Source: a virus (Duplodnaviria; Caudoviricetes). From it: a DNA stretch of 40,001 nucleotides. Location: positions 1-40,001 of IMG/VR virus record IMGVR_UViG_3300035003_000006, one strand, 5' to 3'. The translations under genes were made by a program, and so were the position numbers. The notes beneath the pieces were generated by a model. That model was not told the DNA's origin, searched no databases, and saw nothing but the letters and a program-made list of their open reading frames with translations. Below, piece after piece: positions 17,880 through 26,858 of this stretch. Position 1 is the stretch's first letter, and each line of letters opens with the position of its first letter.

Positions 17880-18866
17880 CTAGTTGTAGTTAGCCTTCTC
17901 GTTTACCACAGCGACAGTGATGCCACTTGCTGCCGTATCGTCGTAGTTTGCCACAAAGCTGAGCTTTTCAGTCGCTACATCGTCTAGGGAGGCACTCTCC
18001 TCAGCCATAAAGGTGACGTTCGGTAGGGTGATGATAAGGCTAGGGCGTGCTGCAACACCAATGGGCTGATCCGTGTTGATGATGCTGATTGACATAGCGC
18101 GGGTAGTATTCGCTACGGCAAGGTCTCGGTAGGTATCATCTTCCTTTTCGAATGTGAGTGAACCAGTGACGGTAAGAAGCTTTGAGATAAAGTCCACATC
18201 CGGCACCGATAACATTGACCGTTTGCCACGCGATCCACGATCCAGGTTGATTTCACTATCAGTGAGGACCAAAGCCGTTGCGCCAGTAAGGCCAGCGACG
18301 TTGGCGGCAACCTTGATTGTCACCATCTGATGCGGAGCTAAGTAGTCGTTGGCGGCAAAAGCTGGGGTGAAGTTTGCCACGTTGGTTTCTGAACGTGCCA
18401 TGAGGTCAGCGTCACAGTTCACCACGTCATCGTTTGGCATTTTGATGCCAAGGCGAGCGCAGATTGCTCCAATGGCCTGGCGGTGAGAAAAGCCACCTCG
18501 GGCAAGCGAGAGAGATAGGGTCGGCTGGAGCACGGCCGGGTTAAGAGTGAAGGTGTGGCGGTACACAACAGTTTCACCCGCCTCAGTGGCGCTTGAAACA
18601 CCTCCTAGAAGCGACTTGAGAAGATAGCCGATGGTACGGAAACGAAGATTGAATGCCGCTTTCGCTTCGACACGGGTACGAGTGAGCACCTGGCCCTGAG
18701 AGTTCATCCCATTGAGCCTGGTCTCCTTGATGTCTACCTTTTCAACAACGGTTTGAGCCATGATCGGCTCACGCGCTCGGATATAGTCCTGAGCTGCTAC
18801 GAAGGTGCCACGCACTGTCTCAGCGGCTAATCCTACTGCAATACTTTCTCCACGTACTAATGGCAT
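17880..18866 (-). CDS. Major tail tube protein
   Basis: 328 aa; G...E..RGT and Y.HTFT motifs; position before the chaperone and TMP. Confidence 0.88.
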   Translation of the reverse strand: MPLVRGESIAVGLAAETVRGTFVAAQDYIRAREPIMAQTVVEKVDIKETRLNGMNSQGQVLTRTRVEAKAAFNLRFRTIGYLLKSLLGGVSSATEAGETVVYRHTFTLNPAVLQPTLSLSLARGGFSHRQAIGAICARLGIKMPNDDVVNCDADLMARSETNVANFTPAFAANDYLAPHQMVTIKVAANVAGLTGATALVLTDSEINLDRGSRGKRSMLSVPDVDFISKLLTVTGSLTFEKEDDTYRDLAVANTTRAMSISIINTDQPIGVAARPSLIITLPNVTFMAEESASLDDVATEKLSFVANYDDTAASGITVAVVNEKANYN

Positions 18867-18869
18867 ATA

Positions 18870-19040
18870 CTAAATCTTAGTCTCTTTATAAACCTTCTTC
18901 GCCTTCTCCAACGCCTCCTGATAATCCGCTGCCTCTACCGTCACCCCAAGCTCTGGGAAGTTGTAGCTAGTTAAGCCGTCAACAGCCCTGATGACATCTG
19001 AGGTGCGTGCATCTGCCCTTGTATTTATGTCTTTCTTCAT
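18870..19040 (-). CDS. Small hypothetical protein, 56 aa, not in ORF track
   Basis: MKKDINTRADARTSDVIRAVDGLTSYNFPELGVTVEAADYQEALEKAKKVYKETKI; TGgTATCAT 6 nt before ATG. Confidence 0.7.
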   Translation of the reverse strand: MKKDINTRADARTSDVIRAVDGLTSYNFPELGVTVEAADYQEALEKAKKVYKETKI

Positions 19041-19061
19041 ATAGCAATGATACCACGGCCA

Positions 19062-19493
19062 CTATGACCGATCTTGATGCACCGTCACCTCCAGTTGCAA
19101 CATGGCCATACGCATAGGAATATCCCCGCCTCCTCCATAACCCCATGAGACATTGCTGAGGCGTACCCAGCCATTTGGGAGGTTAAGGTCGCCGGGCTTC
19201 TCAAACACATCCCGGTAGAGCTCTCCGACAGCATCGGATATCGCCTTTTCAGCCAGCTCGCGGGAGGCTTCGGTCTCGTCGATCTTGTACACGACATACA
19301 GATTGAAACCGAATTGCTTTCGGTCTGACCCGTTAGATGTCCAGGCATTCTCAGTGGTGCCATATTCCAGCACATAGGCTGGGTAGGCATCGTACTGATC
19401 TACAGGAGCGCGATAAAACACCGCATGAGCGGTTGATACAGCGGTAATGCGAGTGATAATCGCTTCTCGAATGTCCTCTGGTAGATAGCTCAT
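19062..19493 (-). CDS. Tail terminator/completion protein
   Basis: Size, YP motif and position. Confidence 0.7.
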   Translation of the reverse strand: MSYLPEDIREAIITRITAVSTAHAVFYRAPVDQYDAYPAYVLEYGTTENAWTSNGSDRKQFGFNLYVVYKIDETEASRELAEKAISDAVGELYRDVFEKPGDLNLPNGWVRLSNVSWGYGGGGDIPMRMAMLQLEVTVHQDRS

Positions 19494-19906
19494 ATACGTT
19501 TAATGATACCAGGAATAATCTTGGCGGTTTCGCTCTTGATGAATAGGTCGGCGTTGGCTAGTGCGGTAGTGAAGAAGTGGTTTTCCTTTCGCCTCCCACC
19601 ACCCTTCTTCACGCGGTTCTCATGGTATGGCGCTCCGTGCACGAAGCGGGAGTAGTTAGCGAATGCCTTGACCGCTCCAGATAACTCCCCGCCTCGAACA
19701 AAGCGGATTTGCCGGGCTAGATTGCCAGTACGAGACCTGGCCTGATCGGGGCCAGCGACGTTGGCCCGCATGGAGACCTTCGCCTCGCGCTCGATCTTGC
19801 TCCCCACCTTCTCGGTGAACTCAGCGAGCTGCGCCTTAGTGGCCCGTGGAAAGCCATCGGCGAGCCTAGAGACCTGCCGGATGTCCACCTCCACGCCTAC
19901 CTTCAT
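19490..19906 (-). CDS. HK97 gp10-like neck protein
   Basis: RTGNLARQI and YSRFVH.G motifs. Confidence 0.8.
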   Translation of the reverse strand: MKVGVEVDIRQVSRLADGFPRATKAQLAEFTEKVGSKIEREAKVSMRANVAGPDQARSRTGNLARQIRFVRGGELSGAVKAFANYSRFVHGAPYHENRVKKGGGRRKENHFFTTALANADLFIKSETAKIIPGIIKRI

Positions 19907-20202
19907 GACGCTCGGGCTTGAGCCTCGTAATGGGTCTTGCTGCGAAAGGTCAGCTTCTGGACGGCATCCACCTCATACTCTTTTCCGGCACCGTCGATGA
20001 GCTTGTCGCCGATCCGCAGCTCCACACGGGACATGATGAGGAAGTTCTTGCTGAACCGGCCAAATTGGCCTGGCGCTAGCTCCCCTGATGTCGGCTGGAT
20101 ATGGCAAGGCACCCCACTCGATACCTGAGCGTAGGTGGTCTTATTGCCCGTCACGCTGCCCCGGGAGATGGCGATAGTGCTAGTGAAGTAGGTATCCAAC
20201 AT
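19903..20202 (-). CDS. Head closure (stopper) protein
   Basis: 99 aa beta-rich protein; VPCHIQP and IGDKL...YEV; position. Confidence 0.75.
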   Translation of the reverse strand: MLDTYFTSTIAISRGSVTGNKTTYAQVSSGVPCHIQPTSGELAPGQFGRFSKNFLIMSRVELRIGDKLIDGAGKEYEVDAVQKLTFRSKTHYEAQARAS

Positions 20203-20206
20203 ATCG

Positions 20207-20767
20207 CTAGAATGAGAGGGTCCTGTGGGCGTCTAGCGTCTTCAATGCGGCCTTGTACTGTGCCCGTTGCTCTGAATCCTTATAGACAACGGTAAACTGC
20301 CCGATCTTCTCGCTCTGTACGCCGTCATCCTGGTTCTTCGACTGGTTAACGATGCCCGCTACCAGGACAGTGGCGGCGAATTGGATGGCTGGAGCGTCCG
20401 CAAGGCTGGCATAGTAGCCAAATTTCCCGGTCACTTCGACGTTCTGGCGGCCAGTTATCCACAGGGGGTCTTCTGAAACCAGCCTATTTTTACGCGGTTT
20501 ATTGGCAGGGTACTGGTATGGCGTGACGGCTACCCCGTCGATGGTGACGGCTGTGATGGTGTGAGCATCGTCAATAAGTAGCTCCTCGGTACCATTCCCA
20601 TCGTATTTCCGGGTCTCCGGGGCTGTCTCGGCTACCAGTTTGCGGCCGGTATGCGTGTCCATGTACTGCGAAACAGCGTCAATCCAGCTATCGAGCTGGT
20701 CGTTATAGGCGTCGTCGATCTCGGTGAGTAGGTACTTCTCTACGGCGTCCTTAGTGGTGTACAGCAT
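20207..20767 (-). CDS. Head-tail adaptor
   Basis: YTT...V..YL, YDGNG, GRQNVEVTG.FGY and SEKIG.F.V.Y motifs. Confidence 0.85.
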   Translation of the reverse strand: MLYTTKDAVEKYLLTEIDDAYNDQLDSWIDAVSQYMDTHTGRKLVAETAPETRKYDGNGTEELLIDDAHTITAVTIDGVAVTPYQYPANKPRKNRLVSEDPLWITGRQNVEVTGKFGYYASLADAPAIQFAATVLVAGIVNQSKNQDDGVQSEKIGQFTVVYKDSEQRAQYKAALKTLDAHRTLSF

Positions 20768-20866
20768 ACTATTCGCAGCTTACGGTTGAGGCTGATATAA
20801 AGGTCGATTCCATATTACCTAGCCATTGTATCACCGCCGATACTATACAGACGCGCCAATTCATAC

Positions 20867-22966
20867 CTAGAATGACGGCTGGTTATACCCAAACTTGAGC
20901 CATGAAACGTGGAGCTCGGATGCACTCCCCGCCGTTGACTTTCCGATACCCGCAGTTGGTGCCACGAGCTGTGTGGATGCAGATAGGTTCATGGTGCAGT
21001 TGGCGACTTCCGTATAGACGTTGTTCGCTTGCGTACGTGCTTTGATGATGAATTGGACAGCGGTGTTACTCACGCTTGTTACTGGTATTTCGCCTAAGAA
21101 GTATGTGAATGGGTTGAGGTTACCACTAGGGAAGGATGAGGATGCGATACCGGTGTTGATGTAGGTGGTGCCGCCCGTTGATGGGTTACAAGCCACGAGC
21201 CAGTTAGCAGTGGTGCTGGTAGCGATGATATAGACGCCTTGTGCTGGTTCAGTAGCGAAGTCGGTTGAGACACCCAGCTTGTCAGTGATACCCGCCACGA
21301 CAACTGTTGAGGTGGCGTTAGCGATAGCATCCTGCTTGATGCCAAACTCAAACATGACGCGGTTTCGCTGGATGTCACCAAAGTCGATACCAGAGGCCCA
21401 GCCGATGCCCATACCGTCACCAGCGGCTGTCACCGTACCAAGCGCACCTGGTCGGAGGCGGAAGTAGGTGGTTGAGCCAGTGGTCGGGGCCACGAAGTCG
21501 ATTACGCCGTTAGCGTCTTCGAGGTACGCATAGCGACCACAACCACGTAGGGTGTCAGCCGCTACCTGGGTGACTTCCGCGGTTGGCGTGGTGCAATTCT
21601 CTCGCACCCACGTACCCTCGTTCATGATGCCGTCGATGAATAGGGCGGCACTAGATGTTGCGCCGTAGTACGTCGAAGTGGCTAGCTGGGTCTTCCCGAG
21701 AATAGTCACATCGCCGGAGAAGATGGTGCGAGCCATATTCACAAAGAACGTCCAAATGCTGTCTACAAGGCGTATTGCGAGGCTAGAGGTGGCCGTTACC
21801 TCAGTGCCTGTGGCTGCGTACCAAGCCAGCTCCCCAGTGTTGCCGCTGTTGACCGTGCCAGAGCCGCCGCCACCCCCTCCTGCGATGCCCAGCGAGCTGG
21901 TAGCCACCCAGGCGGTGCCGTTTGCTGTCGCGGTGAGGACGCTGCCCACAGTACCCGTAGAGGATGAGCTGTCAGCGAAGCGGCCAGTGAGGCGCATGTC
22001 GCCGGAGACGGTGAGGTGAGCGGATGGTGAGCTGGTGCCGATGCCAAGAAACCCAAAGTCGGAATTGAAAAGCATTTTATCGATACCAGCACGCTGCCAG
22101 ACATAGTCGTGGCGACCAGTGGAGCTGCTCACAATGTTGAAATACACACCATGACTGGTTCCGTCAGTTTCGTCTTGTGAAGCTGTGAAAAAGGTGTGTC
22201 CGTCATCAACCACAATACGCATGCGTTCACTTACTGCGCGGCCGACTATTATGGCGGCATCGGCACCACCAGTGTATACATTGAAGTTCCTGCCAGTAGG
22301 GTTTACGTTAATGTTGCCGCTAGAATCCGCAGTAAATGAGGCGTACGCATTGCCGTTGTGGCCGAGACGTAATTGCTCAGATGTGCTCTCAATGTGGATT
22401 TTAGATGCAGGACTCGTAGTGGCTATACCGACATTACCGGCTGAGCTTATCGTGAATGGAGTAGTTTCTGACCCTATTACACCACCCCAAATGGTAAGCC
22501 CACTTGAAGGGGTCGCATTATGGCTTCGTAACTCCCATTGTGAATCGGCACCAGTCGTCTCTGTCAGCCTTATTGCGGAAATACCGTCACCAGATACTAC
22601 TTCGAGCTCGTTACCGGCCGAGGTGGTACCAATGCCCACACTTCCCACAAAGCTACTGGGTGCACTCGATGTCGAGATGAGGTTTGCAACGCTTATTGGA
22701 ACACCCCAGTAAGCTGTAAGAGGCCGTAGTGCACCGCCTACAAATTCCCACAGGCTGCTCCCGGCACCTCCCGAAATGCCTAGCGATGAGGTTGAGACTG
22801 GACCGTAGGTGCCGTTAGCCCTTCCTACGAGCACCTGGCCTAGCGTAGGGGCTGTGGTGGTGCCGGTACCACCTTGCTTGGTGGATAGTGGGGCAATCTG
22901 TCCTGCGGCGATGACTGGCGAAATCAGTAAAAGAAGTACGACAATGGTAAAGGTGATATTTTTCAT
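20867..22966 (-). CDS. Fibre/adhesin-like repeat protein with N-terminal signal peptide
   Basis: MKNITFTIVVLLLLISPVIAA; GGTG; three VGIGTxSP-type repeats; ATSSLGI-type repeats. Confidence 0.8.
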   Translation of the reverse strand: MKNITFTIVVLLLLISPVIAAGQIAPLSTKQGGTGTTTAPTLGQVLVGRANGTYGPVSTSSLGISGGAGSSLWEFVGGALRPLTAYWGVPISVANLISTSSAPSSFVGSVGIGTTSAGNELEVVSGDGISAIRLTETTGADSQWELRSHNATPSSGLTIWGGVIGSETTPFTISSAGNVGIATTSPASKIHIESTSEQLRLGHNGNAYASFTADSSGNINVNPTGRNFNVYTGGADAAIIVGRAVSERMRIVVDDGHTFFTASQDETDGTSHGVYFNIVSSSTGRHDYVWQRAGIDKMLFNSDFGFLGIGTSSPSAHLTVSGDMRLTGRFADSSSSTGTVGSVLTATANGTAWVATSSLGIAGGGGGGSGTVNSGNTGELAWYAATGTEVTATSSLAIRLVDSIWTFFVNMARTIFSGDVTILGKTQLATSTYYGATSSAALFIDGIMNEGTWVRENCTTPTAEVTQVAADTLRGCGRYAYLEDANGVIDFVAPTTGSTTYFRLRPGALGTVTAAGDGMGIGWASGIDFGDIQRNRVMFEFGIKQDAIANATSTVVVAGITDKLGVSTDFATEPAQGVYIIATSTTANWLVACNPSTGGTTYINTGIASSSFPSGNLNPFTYFLGEIPVTSVSNTAVQFIIKARTQANNVYTEVANCTMNLSASTQLVAPTAGIGKSTAGSASELHVSWLKFGYNQPSF

Positions 22967-22970
22967 ATGG

Positions 22971-23306
22971 TTATATTATAGCCCTGAGCGACATCCCTAT
23001 GTCTGGGACGAAATCGAGCGTGACGGTAAGGGGGGTGTAAGTGAATCCTGCGTCTTTAAAATAGGTCGCACCATTTACCACGATGTACTGAGGTTCTGAT
23101 GGTACGGAGAAGCTGGCGGTTATGCCGTCCACGGCCTCGGATAAGTCCACTACTGTCGGCCGGAAAGTAGCCTTGAGCTGCCCTACCGTCACCTTGAATG
23201 AGGTACCAGCCGGATCGCTGGTAGTGTCGGATACATCCACGATATGCAGCAAATCCGCATCATTAAGCGTGGCTATGGCAGCTAGATCAGTGAGTTTTCT
23301 TTGCAT
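22971..23306 (-). CDS. Virion accessory protein
   Basis: KLTDL..IAT...DLL.IVDVSD...GTS.KVT anchor-type motif; located in the head operon. Confidence 0.65.
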   Translation of the reverse strand: MQRKLTDLAAIATLNDADLLHIVDVSDTTSDPAGTSFKVTVGQLKATFRPTVVDLSEAVDGITASFSVPSEPQYIVVNGATYFKDAGFTYTPLTVTLDFVPDIGMSLRAII

Positions 23307-23309
23307 AGG

Positions 23310-23531
23310 CTAGTTAAAAATGAAGGTATTGCCATCTTGGAATAAGTATACCTCGCCGTCCTGGAACAGCTTGATGGAGACCGGAGCAACACACAAATCA
23401 CCGTATGGCTGCGCTGCGGCAGAATACGGGCTTATGGCGTCAGTGTAGGGGGATGGCGCTGGATTATATGGACGGGCAGCGTCGGAATAAGGGGATGATC
23501 CGGGTGTGAATGGTGGGACACAGGAAGGCAT
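23310..23531 (-). CDS. Small PY-heptad repeat protein
   Basis: Five PY repeats at 7-residue spacing, then two LFQDG motifs. Confidence 0.7.
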   Translation of the reverse strand: MPSCVPPFTPGSSPYSDAARPYNPAPSPYTDAISPYSAAAQPYGDLCVAPVSIKLFQDGEVYLFQDGNTFIFN

Positions 23532-23533
23532 GG

Positions 23534-23926
23534 CTAGGATTTAGTGAGCTCCCCCTCCTTGATCGGCTCAGACACCTTAGCATCCCTGATCGCCACGTAT
23601 GCGGCACGCTTAGCGGCCAAAACCTCGGGCTGGGGCACGCCAAGAGCCTCCTCCTGGATCAACACCGCCAGCTCCTCCCGCAACGCCTCTAGGGGCGGTT
23701 TCTTGGCATCTGGCGAGGGTGGGACGGGGGTCAGGGTGACAGGGCCGGGGACGATCTCCTCAAGCGCCTGGTCGCGGGCGGCGAGGTTGGCAATCATCTC
23801 CCGTATCTTAGCCTCCATCTCTGCCTTCGTACGTACCTGAAAGCGGAAGTACGAAGCGTTAGACAGCAAAACCGTCACCTCGATGAGGTCACGTTTCGGT
23901 TCCACCTTGATGATCTCTACGTCCAT
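23534..23926 (-). CDS. Hypothetical protein
   Basis: 130 aa ORF in the head operon. Confidence 0.7.
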   Translation of the reverse strand: MDVEIIKVEPKRDLIEVTVLLSNASYFRFQVRTKAEMEAKIREMIANLAARDQALEEIVPGPVTLTPVPPSPDAKKPPLEALREELAVLIQEEALGVPQPEVLAAKRAAYVAIRDAKVSEPIKEGELTKS

Positions 23927-23995
23927 GGCGATGGGCTTAGCTTGGTAATGCTGCGGAGCTCGGGCTGAGGGCCGACGTATCGGCCCCCAAGCGAG

Positions 23996-24241
23996 CTACT
24001 TAGCTTTCTTCTTCGGGGTTTCCCCTTCGGCTTCTGCTACTTCTGCTCCCTCTACGTGCAATCCACCCTTCATCACCTGGTTTAGACCGTAGTCATTGAG
24101 CCATGTGATAGCTACCGTCTCCTGCTCGGCCAGCTCTGGGGTCTTCACCCAGGCACTAAGCCAAGTTAGGCCACCTTCTCCTACCGCGATTACCTTGGCG
24201 AATGTGCCTTGGTAATGCTCAATAATTTGACCAACAGTCAT
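23996..24241 (-). CDS. Hypothetical protein after the capsid gene
   Basis: 81 aa; starts 1 nt after the MCP stop; followed by a hairpin at 23957-23996. Confidence 0.7.
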   Translation of the reverse strand: MTVGQIIEHYQGTFAKVIAVGEGGLTWLSAWVKTPELAEQETVAITWLNDYGLNQVMKGGLHVEGAEVAEAEGETPKKKAK

Positions 24242-24242
24242 A

Positions 24243-25547
24243 CTATGAGGCTAGGTTAGTCTTGATAGTAGCAAAGGTACCAGTCAAGAAGGCTCCGTTG
24301 TCGTTTGCTCGTACGTAAGAGGCGAGACGGCGTCGGAGTTTAACTGTGATGATGTCCTTCACAAAGTCGGTACCATCAGAGTTGGTGATCTCAATCTCTA
24401 CGCCACCCTTTCGACGAACATGCAGCTTGCGGAAGTCTCCCATGAGGAAGGTACCAGCAGTGATTGCAATGTTTTCGATTACTACAGCGCCACCTACACG
24501 CATACCATCTCGGGTATAGAACGGAGGTAGGACGTATTGGCCGGTCGTGTCCTTGGTAAGGTCCATAGCTTCGATATCGATCGGGTTAAGGATGATATTG
24601 GTAGCGCGGAACTTGCCCTTACCTGTCGTCGCAATCTTAGTAAGACCGATGCGAAGCACGTCAAAGTGCGATGCGCCTACAAGGATTTGAGCGCCGATAA
24701 GTGAGTTAAGGTCAGTTGATACACCAAGCACGCCTTGGAGCTGCGGAGCGGTACCGTTACCAGAGAGAAGCTGAGTATCAGTGACGATATTCACATCCTC
24801 GGCTAGGAAGCTCTTGATTGCAGCTACAAGCCCTGGACCATCATTAAGAAGCTCAACAGAGTGCTTGTTCGTGACGGTAATCTTCTGCACTGGCTTCTTG
24901 AACTCCTGGAAGGTGAAGTCCTTCTCAGGCATGGTTGCGAGCTCAGCGGTTGACGCTGGCGCACCAGTCTCAGTCACCACTTCTACCCATGACACGTTGT
25001 CCGAGGTTGTCTCAGCCGTGTCAGCGATCTGCTCAATGAACACATCACGGACAGGGTTTCGGGTAAGGGCTGGGTCAAGGTCAGGTAGGATAACATCACC
25101 AGTCAAAGACACCTTCGATACACTCTTAGCGAGGTAATCGAGGTCGGCCTTGCTGTTGATCTCAAACTGAACGGTACTACCAGTCTTGGTAGCGACGTCC
25201 TTCAAGCCCTTGGTGACGGCTTCGACGTCAAACGACGCTTTCTGCTCGGTCTGGGCCACTACAGTTGCGGTCTTCCCTTGAGCCTTCGTCGCTACAGCAT
25301 CAAAGAATTTCTCTACCGCTTCGGTAGTCTTCTCAATTTGGGCTACTACCGCAGTGTCGCCAGTCGCCATAGCTTTACGCATGGCCTCGGAGAGCATTTT
25401 GGTAGCTTCATCAACACCACTCTCGATATCAACCGCAGTTGTATCGTCAGCAGTTACCTCTACGTCAGCGCCATCCTTCTTAACGAGGGCGCCTTTCTCA
25501 TCACAGTAAAATTTCTTACCGTTGATGAGCTTAAAAAACTTCAACAT
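24243..25547 (-). CDS. Major capsid protein, HK97 fold (start 25547 or 25580)
   Basis: N-terminal delta-like region; SVELLND, LLSGNG..PQL.G, KD..GQY, GDF and F.KD motifs. Confidence 0.95.
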   Translation of the reverse strand: MLKFFKLINGKKFYCDEKGALVKKDGADVEVTADDTTAVDIESGVDEATKMLSEAMRKAMATGDTAVVAQIEKTTEAVEKFFDAVATKAQGKTATVVAQTEQKASFDVEAVTKGLKDVATKTGSTVQFEINSKADLDYLAKSVSKVSLTGDVILPDLDPALTRNPVRDVFIEQIADTAETTSDNVSWVEVVTETGAPASTAELATMPEKDFTFQEFKKPVQKITVTNKHSVELLNDGPGLVAAIKSFLAEDVNIVTDTQLLSGNGTAPQLQGVLGVSTDLNSLIGAQILVGASHFDVLRIGLTKIATTGKGKFRATNIILNPIDIEAMDLTKDTTGQYVLPPFYTRDGMRVGGAVVIENIAITAGTFLMGDFRKLHVRRKGGVEIEITNSDGTDFVKDIITVKLRRRLASYVRANDNGAFLTGTFATIKTNLAS

Positions 25548-25602
25548 AACAATAAAGTTATTGATTAAAAGAGCACCCATTTCAGGGGTAGAGTGGTATT
25601 GC

Positions 25603-26253
25603 TCACTTTTTAAGTTGTCGGATTGCCTTGTTCAAAAGCTCTATGGCGTTGCGCTTGCGAGCTATCGCAGGGTCAGCCACCTCGATGCTTTCCTCGATTT
25701 GCTTTTTAGTATCGATAAGGGTCTGAGTTGTTTCCTCAGCGGATTTGATGAGTGCGCGACGGTTAGAGCCGATGCCTACCAGTGAGCATTCGATAAGCTC
25801 ACACTCCTTGAGGACAAAACAGTCACTCTCTTCGTCGTAATCAACGATATGCGGCATGAAGCCGACACTGACCATGTTGAGGTCGCCGCGTACTAGGTGA
25901 TCCCATGCCCGCTGGATGTCGGGGTGAACCGCTACGGCAAACTCAGCTTCGCCTAGAAGCATCTTTTTACCTGGGTTTTCTGGGTCGTTCTCAAGCCATA
26001 CCCGTAGCCACTTCCCGAGAGGGTAGTCGCTTGATCGGTGATTGAAGAATAGGGGGGCGTTCTTCTCGAAGTGCTCTAAGCGCCAGGTGTCCTGGTCAAC
26101 AATGTCGCCGTGACGATCTACGCTACAGGTAGACATGACAAAGATGGCTGTGTGGCGCTTCTCATCGAGGGTGACTGCTCGCTGCACGATGTCGATATCA
26201 ACACGCTTGCCGATCATCTCCTGTGCTGCTTTTTGTTTGAGCTCGATTTTCAT
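25603..26253 (-). CDS. HK97-family prohead protease
   Basis: DRHGDIV, LFFNH, SVGF and ELIECSLV...SN motifs. Confidence 0.93.
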   Translation of the reverse strand: MKIELKQKAAQEMIGKRVDIDIVQRAVTLDEKRHTAIFVMSTCSVDRHGDIVDQDTWRLEHFEKNAPLFFNHRSSDYPLGKWLRVWLENDPENPGKKMLLGEAEFAVAVHPDIQRAWDHLVRGDLNMVSVGFMPHIVDYDEESDCFVLKECELIECSLVGIGSNRRALIKSAEETTQTLIDTKKQIEESIEVADPAIARKRNAIELLNKAIRQLKK

Positions 26254-26260
26254 ATGCAGA

Positions 26261-26839
26261 TTATAACAGATGGCTAAAACGGCGTGCTTTATGGCCGTAT
26301 GTGTCCGTTGTTTTATGGCAGGGCTTACATAATGTCCGACCGTTATCTATTGCAAACCTCAGCTCGGGAAAATATGCGAATGGCTTTATGTGATCTGCTT
26401 GTAGCTCCCTCTTTGTTCCACACCATATACATTTGAAGCCGTCTCGGTAAAATACTGACCTTCGCCATAGATCATATTCAGCGCTTCTCCTTATACGAGC
26501 GTTTCTGGGGGAGCTGCACTGATCCTCTGGTTTTCGGATACCCCTGTTCCAGCCTCGGCCTTTCGCTAAACCTGTGGTATTCATGTTTTTGAATGGTCCG
26601 CGCCGACCTCTATTCCAGGCGGGCTGCCCCATCCTCGAAGCAGATAACTTCCTTCGAGATTGCGCGGACATTGGCTTGCCGCGATTATGCGAGGGCTTAC
26701 CAAAATTAGGGTTTTTACTCCCCAGCTTAGTCTGTCGTATTAGCTCCCGTGTTTTCTCTGATGGAATAACACCGGCGGAGTTTTTGTTTCCCATTAATGC
26801 TTTGCGAATTTTATCCTTTGTTTGTTGTGAGTGAGCCAT
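26261..26839 (-). CDS. NUMOD3-HNH homing endonuclease
   Basis: HS.QTK.KI repeats, WNRG, RDGFKC..CG, ADHIKP and NGRTLC.PCH. Confidence 0.9.
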   Translation of the reverse strand: MAHSQQTKDKIRKALMGNKNSAGVIPSEKTRELIRQTKLGSKNPNFGKPSHNRGKPMSAQSRRKLSASRMGQPAWNRGRRGPFKNMNTTGLAKGRGWNRGIRKPEDQCSSPRNARIRRSAEYDLWRRSVFYRDGFKCIWCGTKRELQADHIKPFAYFPELRFAIDNGRTLCKPCHKTTDTYGHKARRFSHLL

Positions 26840-26858
26840 ATAGTCATTAGTGAATTAG

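Noticed and set aside
26261-26858. Group I intron around the HNH gene
   Set aside because: Portal and protease are each complete, and the flanks are too short for an intron core.
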